A stretch of DNA of 54,289 nt from an uncultured Gammaproteobacteria bacterium (GCA_947259875.1 CAMYNX010000071.1:1-54289), one strand, 5' to 3'; shown: positions 9,073 through 18,363, counted from the stretch's first letter. A program made the numbers and translations. Notes: a model not told the origin generated them from the letters alone.

Positions 9073-9666
9073 TCAGTCGACTTCTTCCCAGCCAGTTACC
9101 ATCGCCTTGATGTGAGAGGTCGGTGTGTGACCGACGGTGGCGAGGTAGACGTGGGCGATAAAGAAGATCAACATCAAAAATGCGCCAATGACGTGGCCGA
9201 GGGCGATCCACTCCAGGTTGAGCCAGCCCAAGCCCCAGTTGGCCCACGAACTGTAGAACAAGTACAACAGGCCGGTCAGCCAGATCAACGGGTTGATCAC
9301 CAGTTTGACGAACAGGTACGCCAACCTCTGTAGCGGGTTGTGTTTGGTCAACGTCGACTGCCGGAACGGATGCGGCGCATTGACGAAGATCCCGGTGACG
9401 TAATAGCGCAATACCGCCTCTGCCTTTTCCATGGTGGGTATGTATTGTTTCCACTCACCGGTCGTGAAGTGCCAGAATATCGCGAAGATCCACAATGTGA
9501 TCAACACCCAGGCGGCGGTCGTGTGATAATCCACCGCCCGCTGGAAACCGAGCCACGCGTAGGTACCGTGGATCTCAAAGCCGGTTAACATCATGAACGT
9601 GATCAAAGCGGCCTGGGACCAGTGCCAAAAACGTTCGAACCTTTTAAAGATGTATATGCGTTGCAT
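9073..9666 (-). CDS. Membrane di-heme cytochrome b (PhsC/HydC-like quinol-interacting subunit)
   Basis: ERFWHWSQA, DYHTT, KHNPLQRLAY, GHVIGA..FFIAHVYL: four TM helices with His ligands. Confidence 0.9.
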   Translation of the reverse strand: MQRIYIFKRFERFWHWSQAALITFMMLTGFEIHGTYAWLGFQRAVDYHTTAAWVLITLWIFAIFWHFTTGEWKQYIPTMEKAEAVLRYYVTGIFVNAPHPFRQSTLTKHNPLQRLAYLFVKLVINPLIWLTGLLYLFYSSWANWGLGWLNLEWIALGHVIGAFLMLIFFIAHVYLATVGHTPTSHIKAMVTGWEEVD

Positions 9667-9669
9667 GGT

Positions 9670-11325
9670 CTAACCTCTCTTTCTACTGCTAACAAACATG
9701 CGGATCGCACCGTGGATAAGCACCGAGATCAGAGCGAGTAAAGCGAGCGAAAACCCGGCGGTGTCCATCGCCACGATACGATCACGTGCCGGGACATAAA
9801 CCCCTTCGATGCCGGCCAGGCGGCCACCCTTGGTGTGACACTGTTCGCATTTCAGCGCGTCCTCTTTCGGCGCCACCATATGCGTGATAGGCCAACTCAT
9901 CTCGGTTTCGACGAAACCCATACTCCCGCTGTATTCGGCGCCGACTGCTTTCATCCCGGTCGCCAACGCCTTGTCCCAGTCGTAATTTTTCCAAAAAGCA
10001 GTGTCGTCATTCCCCGTGGTGTGCAACACCGCCAGCGTTTGCAGTCCTTTGTCATACATCTGCTTACCGCGAAACACGCGCAGCGGCCAAATGCGTGAAT
10101 CGGGATCATCGGGACCACCCAGGAACTCGTTGATCTTGACGAGGCTCGACCCATCGACCTTGTCCCCGAACAGGGTGTACTTTACTTTGCCGTTAACCCA
10201 TTTGTATTCGGGGATCACGTAACGATCGTACGTGAAATGACCTTTGTTACTGTCGTATTCGACCTTGCCAACGCTGTTGCGGGTGCGGATGCGTTTGCCC
10301 TGCTCATCCAACCGGCCGGCAGTCGACCAATCCCAACTCATCTTGGTGTGCCGCGGCCCGCGGGCATAGGCCGGAACGTGACACGTCTGACAGGCGATCT
10401 TATGCGTGTGATCGTTGAGCTTGGCGTCGGCTGAGTCGTGCGGCGTGTTACCGTGACAGGCCTGACAGGTCGCCGGGTTGCGTGCCTCTTTACTGCCGCG
10501 CATCTGCGCGCCACTGGTGTCGCTGGCGGTGGGCCCGTAGCGGCTACCAGGCACCTCGTGGGCGTCGGTGACGTGGCACTTGGCGCAAGCGAAATTCAAC
10601 CCTTCGGTATCCATATGCACATCGAGGTAACGCTTGGGGTTCTCGAGCGAGCTGTCCAGGTCGCCGTGCTTCACTGCATCACCGCCGCCACCGCGAAAGT
10701 GACAGGCGCCGCAAGTTTTACGGCTGGTCTTACCGACGTTTTGTGCCACTTTCTTGAGGTCCGTCGGCGGCCGTAAACGACCCGATTTCGGCGGCCATTC
10801 CATGGTCTCATAGTTGGGGTGACCCGCCAGGCCAGGGAGCTTCTTATAGACGCCGGTGGTGTCGTGACACACCAAGCAGTCGACGTTCTCCTGGACGGTG
10901 AAGTCGAATTTTTTGTCGGCCCATCCATAACCGATGTGGCACGCAGAGCAGTGATCTTCATTAGAAGCAACCGCGGTGCAGAAGTTATTGATTACATGCT
11001 TTTTACCGAGCACCTGACCGGTGTCCGGGTTTTTGTACTCCCATGTCCAGTGCTTGGTCTTGTGGATCTGCTTGGCGGCTTCGGTGTGACAGCTAAGGCA
11101 CGCCTTGGTGACCTCGGGACCGGACTTGAAGTCCGCCTGCAAAGCCTCGAACTTGGTGTGATCCGCCGTCGACGAGTCGAGCTGCGGCGCCGCGTCTTGG
11201 GTCGTTTGTTTGAGCGCCGCCGCAGGTGCAGGATTGGCGGTGGCGTAGGCCAGTCCCGAGATGGCAAGCCCAACTGACAAGCCAGAGGCGATGAGCGTGC
11301 CGATAATGATTCTTGGTATGATCAT
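9670..11325 (-). CDS. otr: Octaheme c-type cytochrome, tetrathionate reductase (Otr) family
   Basis: Eight CxxCH motifs (CLSCH, CSACH, CLVCH, CGACH, CAKCH, CQACH, CQTCH, CEQCH), plus HWTWE, GKKHVINNFC, GGGDAVKHGDLDSSL and THMVAPKE. Signal peptide and C-terminal TM anchor. Confidence 0.92.
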   Translation of the reverse strand: MIIPRIIIGTLIASGLSVGLAISGLAYATANPAPAAALKQTTQDAAPQLDSSTADHTKFEALQADFKSGPEVTKACLSCHTEAAKQIHKTKHWTWEYKNPDTGQVLGKKHVINNFCTAVASNEDHCSACHIGYGWADKKFDFTVQENVDCLVCHDTTGVYKKLPGLAGHPNYETMEWPPKSGRLRPPTDLKKVAQNVGKTSRKTCGACHFRGGGGDAVKHGDLDSSLENPKRYLDVHMDTEGLNFACAKCHVTDAHEVPGSRYGPTASDTSGAQMRGSKEARNPATCQACHGNTPHDSADAKLNDHTHKIACQTCHVPAYARGPRHTKMSWDWSTAGRLDEQGKRIRTRNSVGKVEYDSNKGHFTYDRYVIPEYKWVNGKVKYTLFGDKVDGSSLVKINEFLGGPDDPDSRIWPLRVFRGKQMYDKGLQTLAVLHTTGNDDTAFWKNYDWDKALATGMKAVGAEYSGSMGFVETEMSWPITHMVAPKEDALKCEQCHTKGGRLAGIEGVYVPARDRIVAMDTAGFSLALLALISVLIHGAIRMFVSSRKRG

Positions 11326-11384
11326 GATGTGTCACCAAAAGCTAATAGCTGCGTTGACGTTGACATAGGGTTGTTGAGTGGTGG

Positions 11385-11933
11385 TTAACAGCCGCTCAAC
11401 TCCTGTCCGCCGGAACCCTTACCACCACCGGGCCGAGTCTTGATCAGCGGCGGCGCCGGCTTGCTGGGGTCAAAGCTCAAAAATGCCTCTTGATCCTTGG
11501 CCACTTCGTCCATGATGCTGCTGACCTTTTCACCGAACATCTTGCCCATCAACCCGGAATTCATGGTGCCGATGTAGGTCTTGCCGTCGTCCTTTTTGTA
11601 CACTGTGATGGTGCACGGCATCAGGATAGAGAGGATTCGGGTCGCGTCTTCCGCCAGCAGCGGAGCCGAGTATTTGGTGCTGCACGCCTCCACCAGAATC
11701 ACCGGAGGCACGTTGGTTCCCGCTGCCGCCACCGACACCGAGGGCGACCTGATACCCGACAACTTCCAGCCGCGGTCGGAGAGCGCCTGGATGTTGGCTT
11801 GGATGCGGGCGGCGGTTTCTTCAACACCGAACGGACTCTCGTGCTCGGTCATCATGAAGCCGCCCGCGGTGTTCCAGCCGACGATAGCGACCAGGGCAAT
11901 ACCAGAGAAAAATCCAGCCACGATCTTCAACAT
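11385..11933 (-). CDS. DUF302 domain protein with Gly-rich, Cys-terminated tail
   Basis: N-terminal TM, ESPFGVEET, EACSTKYS, ILMPCTITVYKKDDGKTYI (DUF302). Ends PGGGKGSGGQELSGC. AGGAG RBS. Confidence 0.85.
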   Translation of the reverse strand: MLKIVAGFFSGIALVAIVGWNTAGGFMMTEHESPFGVEETAARIQANIQALSDRGWKLSGIRSPSVSVAAAGTNVPPVILVEACSTKYSAPLLAEDATRILSILMPCTITVYKKDDGKTYIGTMNSGLMGKMFGEKVSSIMDEVAKDQEAFLSFDPSKPAPPLIKTRPGGGKGSGGQELSGC

Positions 11934-11950
11934 AATGGGTTCTCCTAAAA

Positions 11951-11990
11951 ATACTTCAGTATGTAAGTATATTATAACATACTTATGTAT
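11951..11990. promoter_or_regulatory. AT-rich imperfect palindrome, candidate operator of the DUF302-otr operon
   Basis: atac-ttc-agtatgt-aagtatattata-acatact-tat-gtat directly upstream of the DUF302 RBS. Confidence 0.45.
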
Positions 11991-12220
11991 CTCTGTCTTG
12001 CCCTAACATGATCTGGCTCAAGTTTTCGCGCATTCGTTACGTCTCCGCCAGGCGCTTAAAACCGGCACCACGCGGACCGAACGAGGTCATGTATGACGCA
12101 GTGTTCCGCCCCGTGCATCGCGCCGCAGCGCGATGCACCCGAGCGACGGACCGGGTGGGCTGGGTGTGCGTGCGATGCACGACACCGCATCGTCATCTAT
12201 CACTTATGACTGCCGGCTGT

Positions 12221-12985
12221 CTAACTTGCGAATAATGCTCGCCGCACCAGGTTTGCACCGAGCAGAAACAACCCAGCAAGGACGATGTTGCGGAACGCTT
12301 CCGCGGATAGCCGGCTCGATAGGACATCGCCGAGTTTCATGCCGATGAGCGCCGGCACCAGGCATGCCATCGCGATCATAAAGCGCGTGGAATCCAAAAT
12401 ACCGAGCGTCCAGTAGGAACCAGCGACCAATATGCCGGTCGCCATAAACAACAGCGCCAAGGCCGCAATAAATAATTCTCTGGTCAGGTTGAGCCCTACG
12501 AGGTACATGACGAATAGCGGCCCATTTGCCGTGATGAGCCCACCGACGATGCCGGCAATAGTACCCACGCCCCATCCGACGGGGCGTTCCCATGTGCGCG
12601 GGATATGAAAACGCGGTACGTATACGGTCAGTACAGCGAACGCCATCACCAACAGACCCAAGGCTAATCCCAGCGCAACTTCGTCCGCCGACCTTACCAA
12701 AAAGGCCCCGCCAAGCGCCCCGGCCGAGAGGCCGAGGATCATTGGCCAGAACCTTGTGAACGTCTGGGTTACGAAGCCCGCCTGCACGAATTGGGCGAGG
12801 TTCGTGAACACCATTGTCGCGGCGTTGATTGCCAGTGCCAGTTCGATCGGCAGGAAGTTGGGGAGAATCGATATCGTCACCAATGGCAGCCCGAATCCCA
12901 TCGCGCCTTTGATGATCCCGCCAATCAAAAATGCGCCGGCCAGCCCAATTGCCTCCGGTAATCCTAAGCCTAATATTACGTCCAT
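12221..12985 (-). CDS. TauE/SafE family (sulfite exporter-like) membrane protein
   Basis: 254 aa with about 8 TM. GGIIKGAMGFGLPL and GIVGGLITANGP repeats typical of TSUP transporters. Confidence 0.88.
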   Translation of the reverse strand: MDVILGLGLPEAIGLAGAFLIGGIIKGAMGFGLPLVTISILPNFLPIELALAINAATMVFTNLAQFVQAGFVTQTFTRFWPMILGLSAGALGGAFLVRSADEVALGLALGLLVMAFAVLTVYVPRFHIPRTWERPVGWGVGTIAGIVGGLITANGPLFVMYLVGLNLTRELFIAALALLFMATGILVAGSYWTLGILDSTRFMIAMACLVPALIGMKLGDVLSSRLSAEAFRNIVLAGLFLLGANLVRRALFAS

Positions 12986-13944
12986 CTATTGTTAGTGCCG
13001 ATTTCTGTTTTACCCCAAACATGGATAATTTTCGCACGCGCCGCTACATCTGCACTGTAGCGAACAACACTGCACCTATGTCTTAACTCTTTATTTTGCC
13101 GTGACGAAGGGAAGCCCCGCCAAATCGACGCCAAGCAGCATACTCGCGGCAGACATCCGGTTTCACGACCTCTACTGTGAGGTTGTCACAGAACTCTATC
13201 AACCCGCGCTTTGTGCAACAACCTAACGCGTCACAAGAATCCCTGCACGCACCACTGCCGAGTCGTGCTTCAGCAGTGACGCGCGCTTTTATTGAACAAG
13301 AGTGCTTTTCGTCAAAGCGACGTGCATGTGTCGGCGACTAGTGCTAAAACAATAAGGATCCACGAAAATGACAATGATTGCGATTTGTCAAGCTTCTCTT
13401 TGTCGAAAATCGCGCGCTCTTTAGTGACAATTGCGCTATACTTACCGGCAAGTGTTGCCCTTGGAGTGTCGAACCTAAACTACGTGTTCGAGGGTACCGG
13501 AACGACGGTGTTGTTGTGCATGTCCGACTATAGCGGAAAGCCTGAAACACCGCGGAGGCGCCCACTTAGCACTTGTGTGACTTTGGTTCACGACACGCGG
13601 GCAGCACTTTTTTTGTGTCACGATGCCGCGACAAGCCCTAACTGCCATTCCGCTGGGTCACAAAAACCAGACCTCATCCCCTGCACGTGAGCGACCCGGC
13701 GCGGCGATTCAACTTACTAATACGCCCCCCTCATTGTGACCGGCGACAGCTTTGCCCCGCGCAGTCGGCAACCGACAGGAAACAATAAATCGCGGTAACC
13801 GCCCTCTTCTCCTTTAGGCCATCGGGGGCCTAGGCTAGAATTGCGGGCGCTTGTTTGAGACTCGAGGGTCTCTATTTTCACCGAGTCCACGAGTTTCGTT
13901 CAATGAACAACGATAAATCAGTGGGTTACAAAAATAATCTTGTC

Positions 13945-13961
13945 CTTAATCAAATCTTAAG
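13945..13961 (+). promoter_or_regulatory. PmrA/QseB-type direct-repeat box
   Basis: CTTAAT-CAAAT-CTTAAG matches YTTAAK-N5-YTTAAK. It lies upstream of the operon encoding the QseB-like regulator, with a TATGTT -10 candidate about 10 bp downstream. Confidence 0.65.
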
Positions 13962-13982
13962 CTTGTTCGGCTATGTTGCACT

Positions 13983-14603
13983 ATGGAAGATTCTGAGCAC
14001 TGGGCAAAGCGGGACACGACCAGCGAGGAACCTGGCATGCGTATGATCGCGCTGGCCGCGATCGCCGCTGCCCCGGCCGCGTACGGTGACAGCGGTCACC
14101 GCTTGACTGCAACCAGTGATGGGGCACCGGTTTTGGAGTTGTATAGATCGAATGACGGTCGAGTCCGGTATCAACTGAACAACGACTGGTTACTCGGCAT
14201 GAGTCTTGGTGTGTCGCCGGTGGATCTTGCCGACGACCCGCGACGTTGGCGGCCACTGAACAAATGGCGGCCTGACTTCGATGTATATGATTTCTCCGAT
14301 CGTCCCCACAAGATCACTGATCTGGCGCTGGGGCGTCCCCAAAGAATTAAATGGTTTTGGACGATCGGGTCAACGCAAGACTTCTACAGCGATGATCGGT
14401 TCGATTTCAGATGGGATCTGCTTCAACACTTTTCGTTGGAGACTAAGGCCGGATTTCTGGTGCCGTTTGGTAACCGGTGGTTGTTCGGTGGCGCCATCAC
14501 CTTGGACCGCAACATGGGCGACCATCCGTCAACCGCGCTACCGAGGAAATCCGATTCCAAAACAGCAGCTGGCGCATATGTCGGTTTCAAGCTTGCGTAT
14601 TGA
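13983..14603 (+). CDS. Hypothetical exported, probably outer-membrane beta-strand protein
   Basis: Signal peptide MRMIALAAIAAAPAAYG (likely start 14037). Amphipathic strands and C-terminal AYVGFKLAY resembling a beta-signal. Confidence 0.6.
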   Translation: MEDSEHWAKRDTTSEEPGMRMIALAAIAAAPAAYGDSGHRLTATSDGAPVLELYRSNDGRVRYQLNNDWLLGMSLGVSPVDLADDPRRWRPLNKWRPDFDVYDFSDRPHKITDLALGRPQRIKWFWTIGSTQDFYSDDRFDFRWDLLQHFSLETKAGFLVPFGNRWLFGGAITLDRNMGDHPSTALPRKSDSKTAAGAYVGFKLAY

Positions 14604-14618
14604 GCTGCCGATTTTGAT

Positions 14619-15272
14619 ATGCGGATCCTTATTGTCGAAGACGACTCCCTGCTTGGCGAAGGACTTCGCGCAGGTTTATCGCAACATGGTTTTACCATCG
14701 ATTGGTTGCAGGAAGGCCATCTGGCGCTGCACGCGCTACGTTACGAGAAATTCGATGCCGCCGTGCTGGATCTTGGACTCCCCGATATGGATGGCACGAA
14801 GTTACTTTTAGATTACCGAAAGCAAGGCGAGGGAATACCGACCTTGGTTCTCACTGCCCGCAACGCGATCGGCCACAAATTGGTTTGCCTGAAAGGTGGC
14901 GCGGACGATTATCTGATCAAGCCCGTCGACATACGCGAACTGGCAGCTCGGCTCCATGTGCTGCTACGGCGCCGAGAGGGGCGGAGCACGTCGGTGTTGC
15001 GTCATGCAGACGTGGAGTTGGATCCACATGCTCACCGGGTAAGCCTCGGTTCCCAACAGATCGACCTGTCTCCGCGCGAATTCAAAATCCTGCACACGCT
15101 GCTGCACTCACGCGGACGGGTTATATCAAAGGAGCAGCTCGAACAACACGTATACGGCTGGGAAACCGATGTAGGCAGCAACGCAGTACAGGTCCACGTG
15201 CACAATATAAGACGAAAATTGGGTCACGATGTGATACAGACCATCCGCGGCGTCGGATACATCATCGATTAA
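14619..15272 (+). CDS. qseB: OmpR-family response regulator (QseB/PmrA-like)
   Basis: MRILIVEDD, VLDLGLPDMDG, LTAR, GADDYLIKP, SNAVQVHVHNIRRKL, TIRGVGY. Confidence 0.85.
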   Translation: MRILIVEDDSLLGEGLRAGLSQHGFTIDWLQEGHLALHALRYEKFDAAVLDLGLPDMDGTKLLLDYRKQGEGIPTLVLTARNAIGHKLVCLKGGADDYLIKPVDIRELAARLHVLLRRREGRSTSVLRHADVELDPHAHRVSLGSQQIDLSPREFKILHTLLHSRGRVISKEQLEQHVYGWETDVGSNAVQVHVHNIRRKLGHDVIQTIRGVGYIID

Positions 15273-15282
15273 AGAGGTCAAT

Positions 15283-16735
15283 ATGCGCGCTTCAATACGT
15301 CTACGTTTATCGCTCGGATTGACCCTTGTGATCGTCGTCATATGGGCACTGGTGGTGACGATCACTTACTACGGTGCAAAACGCGAGGTGCGCGCCTTGT
15401 TCGATACCCAGCTCGAACAGTCAGCTCGAGTCGCGGCACGCACGCTTCTTGGTGTGCCGTCCGCAGATCAAACGCGCGATACGGTGGCGCCGAACGATTC
15501 CAGTGAAAAGCAGGAAGTTCGAGATCAATATCAAAAATATTTGGCGGTGCAGATATGGAATGAAGACGGCGAGTTGGTGCTTCACTCGAAAAATGCACCG
15601 TTGCTTCCCCTCGCCGATACGACGGTCGGCTTTACAGATGCGTTTTTCAATGGCGAGGCGTGGCGCACCTATTCTTTCGTGGATGATTCCCATGGTCTGA
15701 CGATCCGCGCCGGGGAACCCTACCGGCCCAGGAATTACCTCACACAACACGTAATAGTGCAGACGCTCTACCCGATAGTCCTTGGGCTACCGGTGATTAC
15801 AGTGTTGATCTGGATCGCGGTGGGACGAGGATTGACTCCGCTGCGGCGTCTGACATCGCAGGTGCACGAACGAGACCCGGAGAATCTGATACGAATTCAC
15901 GCCCCGTATGCCCCTGACGAGGTCAGACCACTGGTTGAGGAGTTGAACATATTACTGGAAAGGCTCGAGCAAAAAATCGACAAGGAGCGCCGCTTCATCG
16001 GCGACGCCGCGCATGAACTGCGTACACCGCTGGCAGGATTGAGAGCGCACGCCGAGGTGGCGCTTGGCGCACGAAACACAAGGGAACGAACGCGCGCTAT
16101 CAAATATTGTCAAAGGCGTTGATCGCGCAAGTCACTTGGTAAATCAACTTCTTACTCTGTCCCGTCTCGATGAATCGGCGATGGCCGCCGATCGGATCGT
16201 GGATCTTGGCGACGCCCTGCGCACAGTCTTGAACGATCTTCGCGCATCGGCCGACGAGAAGGCTATCGCCGTGGTTTTCCAGGCCAACACTGGAGACAAG
16301 TTTCCCATTCTTGGAAACACCGAGGCAATTTATATCCTGTTTCGTAATCTCGTGGATAATGCGATTCGTTATGGACCCACCGACTCGGCGGTATCGCTGA
16401 CGCTGACACAACAACAAAACAACTGGTTAATCACTATCACCGACGAGGGATCGGGTATTCCTGTCGGTGACCAAGACAAGGTGTTTGACCGGTTTCACCG
16501 CCGCACCAAGGCGGATACCTATGGAACCGGTCTGGGACTGTCAATAGTAAAAGGCGTTGTCAACTTGCACCGGGGCAAGATCTCCATACAACAACGTGAT
16601 GACCATAGCGGTCTGTGCGTTCAGGTGTTGCTGCCGGTTTGTCGCCGCGAAACGTTGCCGAAAGAAACATCGGACCTTGCCATACTGTATAGTGATGAAG
16701 GTCCTGTAACCACAAGTTTGGTTGCCGAACACTAG
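15283..16735 (+). pseudogene. qseC: Sensor histidine kinase (QseC/PmrB-like), split by a frameshift near 16091-16097
   Basis: 15283..16122 carries the TM-sensor-HAMP region and H-box DAAHELRTPL. 16064..16735 carries the HATPase (NLVDNAIRY, DEGSGI, GTGLGLSIV). Adding 2 bp to the (CG)n run restores ERTRALSNIVKGVDRA. Confidence 0.85.
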
Positions 16736-16766
16736 CCCGTATAGCGCACCAACGCGTCTTCACGCA
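16733..16766. repeat. Terminal remnant of the palindromic repeat
   Basis: tagcccgtatagcgcaccaacgcgtc resembles the element end agcccgtatattgcaccaaggcgtc. Its TAG is the kinase stop codon. Confidence 0.55.
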
Positions 16767-16807
16767 AAACCCAGCCGCAGCATCCATCGGACATACCTCG
16801 TATCCAG

Positions 16808-16824
16808 CGTAATCATTCCTTAAG
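16808..16824 (+). promoter_or_regulatory. Second PmrA/QseB-like box
   Basis: CGTAAT-CATTC-CTTAAG followed by TAGAAT at about the same spacing as the 13945 box. Confidence 0.45.
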
Positions 16825-17235
16825 TTTCACTTCGTAGAATAGCGCTGACCGACAAACGAAACCGGCGGTAGTGAAACTAGATTCAATTCATCGGTGGTGC
16901 CCGGCTGCACCGTGGACAGTGATTACAGCGTCACGACGTGGCCGGTGCGGGCCAGGCCCAAGGTACACGATAGAGGTCGATCGTTGGGTTGCCGGTTGGA
17001 CCGGTGCGCTCTTAGCGTAGGGCGAAAAGGATGCGATCAATGATGATACTGCTTACGGTTTTTATGCAGTGGTCACCCAATCTTTGTGACAACTTTTTTC
17101 AACCGCTATAGGGGGTATGAGCATGCCCATGAGTTATCACACTTATGATGAAGATCCTGTTTACAGAAGTATTCTCTATTACAGTTTCCTGTTTTCTGTG
17201 GGTTTTGTTCCGGGGTTGCTCGTCGGGTATCTATT

Positions 17236-17646
17236 ATGGGGCTGACTACGCGATCGAAAACCGGCGCCTCACTACCAGATCGCGGCGGTTCCCGCTCGCG
17301 ACACGCCGGCAAAGATGACCGGGAAAGACGTTCATCGAGGTCGAGGTCAATCATCGTGTTCGTGGATATACGCGAAGGAGGTCCGGGAACAAACCGCCCG
17401 GGTTCTCAGCGAAGATACATGATTCGTGGTGGCAGCAACCGGATCATCCCGTGCGGAAATCCGCGTTGCCGTAATGGTGGATTGTCGACTGCTGCGATCG
17501 TAAAAGAGCTCTTAGAAAGGGGTGAAACGGAGCAACTCCGCCTCGAGGTATGCCCGGGTCTCATTGCCACCGGTGTTGGTAACGCAGCAGGGATTCGGTG
17601 TCAAAATTTGTTCGGCGTTCGCGTGAGAATTCAACAACAAATCTAG
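17236..17646 (+). CDS. Small hypothetical protein with four Cys (putative metal-binding)
   Basis: IPCGNPRCRNGG...EVCPG...IRCQNLF pattern. True start uncertain. Confidence 0.55.
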   Translation: MGLTTRSKTGASLPDRGGSRSRHAGKDDRERRSSRSRSIIVFVDIREGGPGTNRPGSQRRYMIRGGSNRIIPCGNPRCRNGGLSTAAIVKELLERGETEQLRLEVCPGLIATGVGNAAGIRCQNLFGVRVRIQQQI

Positions 17647-17774
17647 CCCGCATTTCTAACCAGGATCCGGGATGCTGACGCAGGACTCGCGCAACCTGCA
17701 AAAACAAATGTCGCCATTTCATAGACGAGACGCTGTGGGTCTCTCCGGTGCAGACCATAAATAGAGGCGGGCTA
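17644..17774. repeat. Short copy of the palindromic repeat between convergent genes
   Basis: Ends tagcccgc / gcgggcta. 17737-17772 (gggtctctccggtgcagaccataaatagaggcgggc) is nearly identical to 571-606. Confidence 0.7.
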
Positions 17775-18284
17775 TGGCGATCGCTTCTCGAATTGCGCGT
17801 TCCGTTCCGCCCACACGGAGTAAATCTCGTCCGGCCACAGCGAAAGCAGATAGTCGATAATATTCGAGATCTCGATTTCAGTCAGTTTCGAACCAAACGA
17901 TGGCATCGTACGCCCACCGTTCTTGATGGTATTGACCAAATGCCGCCGGGGATGATGCCAAGCGTGTGCACTGCCATCCAGCGGCGGCGGTGGGAAATTG
18001 CCGCTGGCGTCACGCCGCTGCCAATTGACAAAACCTTGTGCGCGGGGACCATGGCATTGCGCGCAGTTTTTAGCGAATAGCTTCGCGCCGTTTATCAACA
18101 TCGAAAAGTCCCCAGGTCTCTCGGGCGCGTTCTTCGCCGCGCTGGTGAGACGCTCGTCCACCGCCTGTTTCAACTCGTCAGCCGCCCGCTGCTGGGCGTT
18201 TGTAGTCGCCGCCGCTTCATCGGAACTTGCATTATAGGAAACAGACAGTAGAGCCGCTAAAACAAATAACCAAATTGTATTCAT
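17772..18284 (-). CDS. Periplasmic monoheme cytochrome c
   Basis: Signal peptide, CAQCHG, PPPPLDGSAHAWHH, and axial Met in TMPSFG. Confidence 0.9.
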   Translation of the reverse strand: MNTIWLFVLAALLSVSYNASSDEAAATTNAQQRAADELKQAVDERLTSAAKNAPERPGDFSMLINGAKLFAKNCAQCHGPRAQGFVNWQRRDASGNFPPPPLDGSAHAWHHPRRHLVNTIKNGGRTMPSFGSKLTEIEISNIIDYLLSLWPDEIYSVWAERNAQFEKRSP

Positions 18285-18363
18285 GCAACGATAATCTCAA
18301 ATCCAGGTGCGTATCTTCGATGAACAAGCAGAACCAACGTCGCACGTCACCCCCGCGCTGCGC

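Noticed and set aside
12204-13037. Long overlapping ORFs (also 556..1086, 29833..30744, 46495..47184, 52340..53350)
   Set aside because: Alternate-frame or antisense shadows of well-supported genes, expected at this GC content.
13176-13191. TGTGA-N5-TCACA (and TGTGA-N7-TCACG near 13575) as CRP sites
   Set aside because: CRP needs an N6 spacer. The dyad may bind something else but is unsupported.
13292-13690. 132-aa ORF in the tauE upstream gap
   Set aside because: TTG start, no RBS and no recognisable motifs.
16064-16122. Programmed frameshifting to explain the split kinase, spy-like and chaN genes
   Set aside because: No slippery heptamer with a downstream structure at the inferred junctions, and these families are not known to be recoded.
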